Assembly: GCA_964622985.1 (NCBI GenBank)
Contig: CAZURA010000018.1
Coordinates: forward strand, 16,158 to 40,157
Direction: 5' to 3'
DNA: 24,000 nucleotides
From: an uncultured Bacteroides sp.
GTDB taxonomy: Bacteria; Bacteroidota; Bacteroidia; Bacteroidales; GCA-2748055
The translations under genes were made by a program, and so were the position numbers. Of this stretch, positions 17,643-24,000 are shown one piece after another; the stretch's first letter is position 1, and every line of letters begins with the position of its first letter. The notes under the pieces are model-generated. The model worked only from the letters and a program-made list of their open reading frames with translations. It was not told the DNA's origin and did no database searches.

Positions 17643-19217
17643 TTATTCTACCTGTAAAGGTAAATGAATATCGAACCGGGAACCTTTATCAGGTTCACTT
17701 TTTAGCCGGATGGTGCCATGATGCTGTTCAACAATAAGCTTTACGTAGCTCAAACCCAGTCCGAATCCTTTCACACTGTGAATATTGCCGGTAGGAACCC
17801 GGTAGAACTTATCAAAGATCCTTTTCTGATCCTCTTTGCTGATCCCAATTCCATTGTCATTCACAGAAATGGAAATGGATTCGTTTTCATTCCTGGTGGA
17901 AATGGTGATCTCCGGAGTACGGCGGGTATACTTCATGGCATTTTCGATCAGATTGGATACCACATTGGTAAGATGCATACGATCTCCTTCGATGACAGTT
18001 CTCTCTGCTTCCGGAAAAAATTCGATCCTGCCATCCCTCCTATCCACCTGTAGAATAAAATTCTGTGCCACCGTCTCAATCAGGTCGTGAAGGTCAATCT
18101 CTTCCAGCTTGAGTTTGAGCTGTCCGTGGTCGAAAATGGCCATCTGTAGAACGCGTTCCACCTGAAAACCAAGCTGCTTGCTTTCAGTTTGTATAATTCG
18201 GGAGATCTGGGAAAAATTTTTCTGTTCATCCGGGATGCTCTTATCGCTAAGCATCTGGGAAGCAAGGCTGATTGTAGATATGGGTGTTTTGAGTTCGTGA
18301 GTCATGTTATTCACGAAATCGTTTTTCATTTCAGAGAGCCTTTTTTGCTTAAAAATGATGTAAAGCGCCAACGAAAAAAGGGTAAGCACAAACAGAGTGA
18401 TTAACAGGGAGGTTCCTCCCAGCATTCCCACGGAATTCAACAGGTTTTGTCTCTCCCCTGGGAAATAGACACTAATCAGGGTAGCTTTATTAAAGATGCC
18501 CTTGGGAAAGAGGGAAGCCCTGAAGTATTTGCAATCCTCAAATTCGTTAAAATGGAGCGATTGGAATATGGGTTTTTTACCCTCTTCATACACTGCATAT
18601 TGAAAGGGCATATTAATTCCTTTATCAGCCATTTTCTTCATCAACAGATTCTCTACCTGCGATTTGGAGAATCTCTCTGCAATATTCATCTCTTCATGCA
18701 GCATTTTTCGGACAACCTTATCCACAAAGACCTCCTGTTCTTCTATGCTCTCATTCAACTTTGTCCGGATCTGTTCGGGTCTCATGGCAGAGATGAGAAT
18801 GGTATCCTGCATCAGTTCATCTTCACCCAGGACAACCAGCACTGAATCATCGATCAACTCCATTTTCCTATTCTTGAGCGATTTATGGGGGGCCGTGTAG
18901 ACCAGGATCTCCTCGTCCATGTGAAGTTCCTCCTGCCCCGATTCACTGTAATTGCTACGGGCATCAATATGAAAATTCCACACCGCCTTGCTTTGATGTT
19001 TGATTACCGGAGGACGCAGCTCTTCAAGGATTTGCATCACGGTCTCATTTTCAAGCAGTTCATCGGACATCTCTGAGAATACCTGATTCATGACCAGGCC
19101 TAGCTGACTCTCTTTGGATTCTATGGAGCTCTTAATCCAATACCCCTGTAGAGCCACCAAGGCCATCATAGCCAGGCTGAGAAAAACGGTGGTTATCCAT
19201 AGAAATGTGCGACTCAT
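17643..19217 (-). CDS. Sensor histidine kinase with two TM segments flanking an extracytoplasmic domain of about 240 aa, plus HisKA and HATPase_c domains
   Basis: TM1 is WITTVFLSLAMMALVAL and TM2 is LLITLFVLTLFSLALYIIF. The H-box is FVNNMTHELKTPISTI, the N-box is VVSNLIENAMKYT, and the G-boxes are VNDNGIGI and GFGLGLSYVK. The gene ends 14 nt upstream of the response-regulator start. Confidence 0.9.
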   Translation of the reverse strand: MSRTFLWITTVFLSLAMMALVALQGYWIKSSIESKESQLGLVMNQVFSEMSDELLENETVMQILEELRPPVIKHQSKAVWNFHIDARSNYSESGQEELHMDEEILVYTAPHKSLKNRKMELIDDSVLVVLGEDELMQDTILISAMRPEQIRTKLNESIEEQEVFVDKVVRKMLHEEMNIAERFSKSQVENLLMKKMADKGINMPFQYAVYEEGKKPIFQSLHFNEFEDCKYFRASLFPKGIFNKATLISVYFPGERQNLLNSVGMLGGTSLLITLFVLTLFSLALYIIFKQKRLSEMKNDFVNNMTHELKTPISTISLASQMLSDKSIPDEQKNFSQISRIIQTESKQLGFQVERVLQMAIFDHGQLKLKLEEIDLHDLIETVAQNFILQVDRRDGRIEFFPEAERTVIEGDRMHLTNVVSNLIENAMKYTRRTPEITISTRNENESISISVNDNGIGISKEDQKRIFDKFYRVPTGNIHSVKGFGLGLSYVKLIVEQHHGTIRLKSEPDKGSRFDIHLPLQVE

Positions 19218-19257
19218 AGCTCAAAGATAGTTTACGTCAGTGGTTCACGCAGAGTGT

Positions 19258-19283
19258 TTTAACATTCTTTAACTTCCTTTAAA
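19258..19283. promoter_or_regulatory. Three direct TTTAA(C/A) repeats phased at exactly 10 bp in the HK / His-rich-protein divergent promoter region; candidate response-regulator binding site
   Basis: Read directly: TTTAACattc (19258), TTTAACttcc (19268), TTTAAAccca (19278). The array lies between a minus-strand TATCTTTG box (reverse complement of 19222..19229) and the plus-strand TAGATTTG box (19306..19313). The last repeat falls where a -33 element would be expected. Confidence 0.4.
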
Positions 19284-19305
19284 CCCATATAACTATAATC
19301 TGAAA

Positions 19306-19313
19306 TAGATTTG
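19306..19313 (+). promoter_or_regulatory. Candidate -7 promoter box TAGATTTG for the His-rich protein gene
   Basis: Exact TAnnTTTG match 28 nt upstream of ATG 19342. Motif match only. Confidence 0.4.
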
Positions 19314-19341
19314 TTTCCATAACCAACATAATCAAACGGAC

Positions 19342-20127
19342 ATGAAAACTAGTACACTAACATCTACTCTCTTTCTGGTAGCAGGCTTTCTATTTACATC
19401 TGCTCTTTTTGCCCAGTCCGAAACCACAGTAACTGTCAAAGTAAAAAAGGATGGGAAGATCGTAACAGATACCACATACCAGTTTGAGGATGACAATAAA
19501 GCAAAGCACGCCATGAAAATGATGGAGATTATGAGTGGCGACGACGAGCATATGGAGATGCTACATAAGCATATGGAAGGGGATAAGCACCATAACAGGA
19601 TGGTATTTGTCTCCAAGGATGGTGAAAAAATTGAGATTGAGGAGCTTCACGGTGACTCCCTGGTCTGGGTATCGGAAGGAGATCATGACGCTGACTATGT
19701 AAAGGTGAAGAAACGTATAGTGAAGAAAAGCGAGTGTTGTGAACATGCACACGGGGAGCATGCCCATGGAGAGCACGCACACGGTGAGCATGCCCACGGA
19801 GAGCATGTGATCATTATGAAGAAGGAGGGAGAAAAGACCTTCGATATCGTGATTGATGAGGATTGCGAAGGGGAACATAAAGTGAAGGAGAAGCGGGTAA
19901 AGGTAACGGTGGCCGGTGAAGAGCATGGTGAGTGGCATGTTTCAGGAGACCATCTGGAAGAGGTAGAAGAGGATGTATATGTAATCGCTGGCGATGATGT
20001 AAAAGAAGAGCTGAATAAGATCCTTGAGGAGCATGAGGGAGATGAAGATGTGAAGGTGATTGTGGTCAAAAAGAAAATAAAGAAAGAATCAAAGAAAGAA
20101 TCAAAGAAAGAATCAAAGAAGCACTAG
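19342..20127 (+). CDS. Secreted His/Met/Asp/Glu-rich repeat protein; putative periplasmic or surface metal-binding protein with no family I can name
   Basis: The signal peptide is MKTSTLTSTLFLVAGFLFTSALFAQ. There is a Met/His cluster (HAMKMMEIMSGDDEHMEMLHKHMEGDKHH), then CC followed by EHAHG x4 plus EH (CCEHAHGEHAHGEHAHGEHAHGEH), and a lysine-rich tail KKESKKESKKESKKH. By my count about 23 of 261 residues are His. The gene has its own promoter-like box and terminator. Confidence 0.7.
   Translation: MKTSTLTSTLFLVAGFLFTSALFAQSETTVTVKVKKDGKIVTDTTYQFEDDNKAKHAMKMMEIMSGDDEHMEMLHKHMEGDKHHNRMVFVSKDGEKIEIEELHGDSLVWVSEGDHDADYVKVKKRIVKKSECCEHAHGEHAHGEHAHGEHAHGEHVIIMKKEGEKTFDIVIDEDCEGEHKVKEKRVKVTVAGEEHGEWHVSGDHLEEVEEDVYVIAGDDVKEELNKILEEHEGDEDVKVIVVKKKIKKESKKESKKESKKH
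19741..19800 (+). repeat. Imperfect 15-nt tandem repeat x4 encoding (EHAHG)4
   Basis: The units are gaacatgcacacggg / gagcatgcccatgga / gagcacgcacacggt / gagcatgcccacgga. They differ only at synonymous positions, so the peptide repeat is perfect while the DNA repeat is not. Confidence 0.9.
20080..20115 (+). repeat. Perfect 12-nt tandem repeat x3 (aagaaagaatca) encoding (KKES)3 at the C-terminus
   Basis: Read directly from 20080..20115, followed by aag aag cac tag. Confidence 0.9.
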
Positions 20128-20167
20128 TAGGCAGTTTGGTTTAGTTTTAGGGTTAATTTTAGTGTAG

Positions 20168-20201
20168 AGCTGTCCGTCCTCCCGGCGGACAGCTTTTTTT
20201 T
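20168..20201 (+). terminator. Rho-independent terminator after the His-rich protein gene
   Basis: AGCTGTCCG (20168..20176) pairs with CGGACAGCT (20186..20194). The stem is GC-rich and is followed by a run of seven T (20195..20201). Confidence 0.8.
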
Positions 20202-20216
20202 GGGTGTATCCAGGGA

Positions 20217-21479
20217 ATGGATAACTTGCAGAAAAGTGCACTTTTGGATGCAAAGGATTACTATAAGATCCTGGGGTTGTCACCTGGAGCCACGGAAAAG
20301 CAAATCAAATCTGCTTACCGGAAACTGGCTCTGAAATATCATCCCGACCGAAACGATTCTCCGGATGCCGAAAAGAAATTTCAGGAAATTACCACGGCAT
20401 ATGAATACCTGCTGGAGTATCTGGAGAAACCTGGGGAGAGGGGTACTACCGTAGAGGAGCGGATGGCCAGTGAAGTTTTCCAACGGGAGAGGGAACGAAT
20501 GCGGCAATACGCTCATGCTAGAAGAGAACAGAAGAGAAAAGAGGAAGAGTATTTCAACCGGCCTGAATGGCATGATCCGATCCTGTTGCTGAAGTACATC
20601 GTAAGAGGATTTGCTATAGTATTCGCTTTGGCAGCCCTTGCATTGCCTGTATTACTGGCCATCTATGAGGACCCGGTAAGTCTTGCCGGCACACTCTTTT
20701 TTCTAATTGTCGGACTGTTTTTGAGTGTATATATTTTTCAGCAGAGAAAGAGCTGGTTCCGGCTCGGAAAATTCAAGACAACCTGGAAGGATCTGAGGGG
20801 TATGATAAAAATCAGTCCGAATGAAGCCTCTTCAGACTACTGTTGCTATACAAGTAATACCATGGCCAACGGTAAAGCCTACCGGATCGAACTACTTAAA
20901 ACGGTAGATATTAAAGTCAGGTCAGGAGGAGTATTGAATCACAGGGCCATGTATAAGAACAAAGTGAAAAATGTGGTGGTCCCTCGGAGTGTCAGGGCAC
21001 AGCGCTTCCACAGGCTCTCCTCGGTAGTAAAGATCTTTTCCATTATGGGTTGTCTGTTGTTTTTCCCGGTGGAGAGTCTTCTTTGGAGGTTTATGGCTGG
21101 TATGTTTGCCGGGGGCGCTGTGTCAGTAACTCTGCTCCGAGTAGCAAAAGTTCGTTCCAAAGTAAGTTATCTGTTTACTCCCGGACTCCTTATCAAGACC
21201 GTGATTTGGATATTGGCTATCTATAGCGTGAGTGAGGTGGGTCCGGGACTTAATATTGAAACCACAGGATATATAAAGATTGTGGTGGCTGGACTCTTCT
21301 TTCTGCTGGATATGATATTTGATCTGGTATTCGGTTTTTTTCCGTTCTACCGCAGACTATTTCATCCTCTGATTACACAGGGCACTATCCTTAGTTCTCT
21401 CTATAAGAAAGGGTACCAGAATTATATGGAACTTCCCATATACTCTGTCCTGTATCCCATGTACAGGTGGCTGTTCTGA
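20217..21479 (+). CDS. J-domain (DnaJ-like) protein fused to a polytopic membrane region of about 6 TM segments
   Basis: The N-terminal J domain reads [34 protein letters not shown]...[11 protein letters not shown], with an intact HPD. A charged R/E/K helix follows, then TM pairs ([19 protein letters not shown] / [15 protein letters not shown]), a soluble insert of about 100 aa, and four more hydrophobic segments. There is no Gly/Phe region, zinc finger or DnaJ C-terminal domain. Confidence 0.75.
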   Translation: MDNLQKSALLDAKDYYKILGLSPGATEKQIKSAYRKLALKYHPDRNDSPDAEKKFQEITTAYEYLLEYLEKPGERGTTVEERMASEVFQRERERMRQYAHARREQKRKEEEYFNRPEWHDPILLLKYIVRGFAIVFALAALALPVLLAIYEDPVSLAGTLFFLIVGLFLSVYIFQQRKSWFRLGKFKTTWKDLRGMIKISPNEASSDYCCYTSNTMANGKAYRIELLKTVDIKVRSGGVLNHRAMYKNKVKNVVVPRSVRAQRFHRLSSVVKIFSIMGCLLFFPVESLLWRFMAGMFAGGAVSVTLLRVAKVRSKVSYLFTPGLLIKTVIWILAIYSVSEVGPGLNIETTGYIKIVVAGLFFLLDMIFDLVFGFFPFYRRLFHPLITQGTILSSLYKKGYQNYMELPIYSVLYPMYRWLF

Positions 21480-21484
21480 TTGAA

Positions 21485-21913
21485 CTACCAGAGCAGCAGG
21501 CGTTCCATGCTCCTTAGCGTCTTCAGGTTCACCGGTACACACATTCTTACCGTATCCAAAGCGCCGACAGCTGTGATAAAGAGGTTAAGTTTCTGAGTGA
21601 TAAGTTCGCCCTGGATATGAACCAGGTAGTCCAGATTCTTCAATTCATCCAGGTAATACCCCTGATCAGATCTGTTTTTAATGATCCGGTAGGTAACCCA
21701 GGCATCTTCATCCTGGTAGGCAAAAAGTGAGAAGTGCTGTTCCTGCTTGAATTTCTTATGAAAGAGCTTCAGGTCATCCTGCTTCTCCAGCTCCATATGG
21801 AGCGATTGATTGATCATCCAGCACAACTTGTAGTCAGGTTCATCGGACACTACTCCAAGCAGGCAAAAATCCTCCTCAATGGCTACTTCCAGTTTATGTT
21901 TTTTTACTGCCAT
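21485..21913 (-). CDS. Small conserved hypothetical protein, IPExxxVDY-family-like (tentative)
   Basis: 142 aa. Contains FCLLGVVSDEPDYKLCWMINQSL and YYLDELKNLDYLVHIQG, which resemble the Bacteroidota IPExxxVDY family. Here the motif reads LDELKNLDY. It lies 11 nt downstream of rnc on the same strand. Confidence 0.5.
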   Translation of the reverse strand: MAVKKHKLEVAIEEDFCLLGVVSDEPDYKLCWMINQSLHMELEKQDDLKLFHKKFKQEQHFSLFAYQDEDAWVTYRIIKNRSDQGYYLDELKNLDYLVHIQGELITQKLNLFITAVGALDTVRMCVPVNLKTLRSMERLLLW

Positions 21914-21924
21914 AACAGTAAGGT

Positions 21925-22617
21925 TTATAGGGTATGGAGCGTGGAGATAGCTTTTTTGGCAGCGTGTTGCTCAGCTTCCTTTTTCGAACTACCTCTCCCG
22001 GTCCCTTTCCTCTCTCCCTTTAACAGAATGGTAGCAAGAAATGAGGGCGATTTTTCACCTGAACGGTGTTCTTCCTTACTTTCAAAAACCACTTCAATAC
22101 GGTTTTTCTGAGCCCATTCAATGATCCTGCTTTTATAGTCAGGATCTTTCTTTACCAATTGTGCCAGGTCAATATGCTTGTTCATGATCTTCCTCACAAA
22201 GAACTTTCTGGCAGCCCCGTAACCCCTGTCCAGATAAATGGCACCGATAAGCGCTTCAAGTATGTTTCCATAGAGGTGTTTGGATTTGTTTCTGGAAGTG
22301 ATATTTGTGGTGATCATATCGGGAATCTCCATCTTGGTGGCCAGATAATCCAGATTCTTACGTTTTACGATCCTGGCTCGTAATTTGGTCATAAACCCTT
22401 CATCTCCATCTGGAAACTTGGAGTAAAGGTAGTCTGCTACAATCGTATCCAGGACAGCATCTCCCAGGTACTCGAGCCGTTCATTATTGATGCCCGATCC
22501 GGAATTTTGACTATGATTTGCTGATTTTGGCAGAAATGCCAGTTGGTAAAAGGAGAGTTTCCTAGGTAGAAAACCCAGCATGCGTACCAGTTCAAGATAG
22601 AACCTGCGGCTCGTCAA
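21925..22617 (-). CDS. rnc: Ribonuclease III
   Basis: The catalytic signature is NERLEYLGDAVLDTIVADYLY, with EALIGAIYLD and a C-terminal dsRBD (GRGSSKKEAEQHAAKKA). The ORF starts at TTG 22617, 4 nt after the fabF stop. An internal ATG (MLGFLP) is an alternative start. Confidence 0.9.
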   Translation of the reverse strand: MTSRRFYLELVRMLGFLPRKLSFYQLAFLPKSANHSQNSGSGINNERLEYLGDAVLDTIVADYLYSKFPDGDEGFMTKLRARIVKRKNLDYLATKMEIPDMITTNITSRNKSKHLYGNILEALIGAIYLDRGYGAARKFFVRKIMNKHIDLAQLVKKDPDYKSRIIEWAQKNRIEVVFESKEEHRSGEKSPSFLATILLKGERKGTGRGSSKKEAEQHAAKKAISTLHTL

Positions 22618-22621
22618 GCGG

Positions 22622-23869
22622 TTAATTATTTAATTTCCTGAATACAGCGGAGGTATTATGCCCACCAAACCCGAATGTGTTGCTCAGACCCACATTGACT
22701 TCGCGTTCCTGGGCCTTATTCAGTGTAAGGTTCAGTTTAGGATCGATATCAGGATCCAGGTTTTCCAGATTGATGGTGGGGGGTATGATCCCGTCCCGAA
22801 TGGCCATGATCACTGCAATGGATTCGACGGCACCAGCAGCCCCCAACAGGTGCCCAGTCATTGATTTTGTAGCACTGACATTGAGGTCGTAGGCGTGCTC
22901 CCCGAATACTTTCTTAATAGCCTTGATCTCAGATATATCCCCTAAAGGAGTGGAAGTGCCGTGAACATTGATATAATCCACCTCAGAAGGATCAATTTTT
23001 GCATCCCTTAAGGCATTATTCATTACTAACCGTGCTCCTTCTCCTTCAGGATGCGGTGCGGTAAGATGATGTGCGTCAGCTGCCAGCCCTCCACCTATAA
23101 GCTCGGCATACACATATGCACCGCGTTTTTTTGCATGTTCATACTCTTCAAGGATCAATGCTCCTGCTCCTTCACCCATGACAAAACCATCCCTGTTCAC
23201 ATCGAACGGACGGGATGCTTTTTCATAATCCTCATTATTGGTGGAAAGCGCCTGCATGGAGTTAAAACCACCAACCCCTACTTCATTCACCGGAGCTTCA
23301 GAGCCTCCGGTAATAATGAGGTCGGCCATATCGAGACGGATCAGATTAAACGCATCAATAATGGCATTGGTTGAAGATGCACAGGCAGAAACAGTGGCAT
23401 AATTGGGTCCCCTGAATCCGTATTTCATGGATAGATGACCGGCTGCAATGTCGGAGATCATCTTGGGAATAAAGAAGGGGTTGAACCTTGGGATCCTCCC
23501 CCCCTCAACATAGCTGATCATCTCGTTCTGAAAAGTCAGCAAACCACCAATCCCTGATGCCCAGATCACTCCTGCGCGATCCTTATCATGCTCTGCATCC
23601 TCAAGCCCGGCATCGAGAAATGCTTCATGGGCGGCAATCAATGCATACTGGGCATATGGATCCAGTTTTCGGGCCTCTTTCCTGTCAAAGTGATCCTGCG
23701 GGTTGTAATCTTTAACCTCGCAGGCGAACTTGGTCTTAAACTTTTCGGTATCGAATCTGGTAATCAGATTAGCACCGCTTACCCCTTTAACCAAGGCAGT
23801 CCAGTACTCATCCAAATTATTTCCAAGGGGAGTCAATGCCCCCAATCCTGTGACAACAACCCGTTTCAT
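22622..23869 (-). CDS. fabF: Beta-ketoacyl-ACP synthase II
   Basis: 415 aa. Starts MKRVVVTGLGALTPLGN. The active-site Cys is in ATVSACASS, the His residues are in NVHGTSTPLGD and KSMTGHLLGAAG, and the C-terminus contains SNTFGFGGHN. Confidence 0.95.
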   Translation of the reverse strand: MKRVVVTGLGALTPLGNNLDEYWTALVKGVSGANLITRFDTEKFKTKFACEVKDYNPQDHFDRKEARKLDPYAQYALIAAHEAFLDAGLEDAEHDKDRAGVIWASGIGGLLTFQNEMISYVEGGRIPRFNPFFIPKMISDIAAGHLSMKYGFRGPNYATVSACASSTNAIIDAFNLIRLDMADLIITGGSEAPVNEVGVGGFNSMQALSTNNEDYEKASRPFDVNRDGFVMGEGAGALILEEYEHAKKRGAYVYAELIGGGLAADAHHLTAPHPEGEGARLVMNNALRDAKIDPSEVDYINVHGTSTPLGDISEIKAIKKVFGEHAYDLNVSATKSMTGHLLGAAGAVESIAVIMAIRDGIIPPTINLENLDPDIDPKLNLTLNKAQEREVNVGLSNTFGFGGHNTSAVFRKLNN

Positions 23870-23900
23870 ACCAATAAGTTTTTAAACGAAAGACTAAAGC

Positions 23901-24000
23901 TTATTCTGCGTTGTCTTCTATATATTTGATAGCTTCACCAACGGTGGAAATGTTTTCAGCTTGATCATCAGGAATACCCATATTGAATTCCTTTTCAAAT
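23901..24000 (-). CDS. acpP: Acyl carrier protein, 5'-partial (N-terminus beyond the window end)
   Basis: My translation of the minus strand reads ...[32 protein letters not shown], with the stop at 23903..23901. This is typical ACP helix III/IV sequence, and it sits upstream of fabF as expected. Confidence 0.85.
   Translation of the reverse strand, partial: FEKEFNMGIPDDQAENISTVGEAIKYIEDNAE

Noticed and set aside
19529-20069. Three minus-strand ORFs (83-125 aa) overlapping the His-rich gene
   Set aside because: They are antisense shadows of a GA-rich, repeat-containing gene. The plus-strand ORF has a signal peptide, a promoter-like box and a terminator, and the minus-strand ones have none of these.

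Overview
The window reads as a largely housekeeping chromosomal segment of a Bacteroidota genome. Support for that assignment: an S46 'DEGMW' dipeptidyl-peptidase, TAnnTTTG-type -7 promoter boxes, A-rich leaders without Shine-Dalgarno sequences, and the sigma-54 activator / lptE / secG / groES-groEL neighbourhood. Gene order, left to right:
- a 3'-truncated polysaccharide flippase (-), which is absent from the supplied ORF track
- a co-directional block: GT4 glycosyltransferase, rnhB, S46 peptidase, rnhA and a small SiaB/SpoIIAB-like GHKL kinase
- a decayed kdsB remnant (-), both 5'-truncated and frameshifted
- a sensor-less sigma-54 enhancer-binding protein, LptE-like protein, acidic TPR-tail protein and secG, ending in a terminator
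- groES-groEL, ending in a UUCG-loop hairpin
- an NHL/beta-propeller lipoprotein (-) divergent from a polytopic membrane protein (+)
- lepA
- a minus-strand histidine kinase, OmpR-type response regulator and class I/II aminotransferase block
- a divergently transcribed secreted His/Met-rich repeat protein with its own terminator
- a J-domain polytopic membrane protein
- a minus-strand acpP (partial), fabF, rnc and IPExxxVDY-like block.
I see no rRNA, tRNA, CRISPR array, transposase, integrase, or recognisable defence or toxin genes, and I cannot support a claim of a novel multi-gene system. The items most worth a second look are:
- the His-rich secreted protein with its neighbouring two-component system and a phased TTTAAC triple repeat in the shared promoter region
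- the membrane-embedded J-domain protein
- the kdsB pseudogene
- the orphan SiaB-like kinase
- a sigma-54-like TGGCAC element in front of groES
- a perfect 12-bp inverted repeat upstream of lepA.
All family assignments come from reading motifs in the translations; no database search was run.
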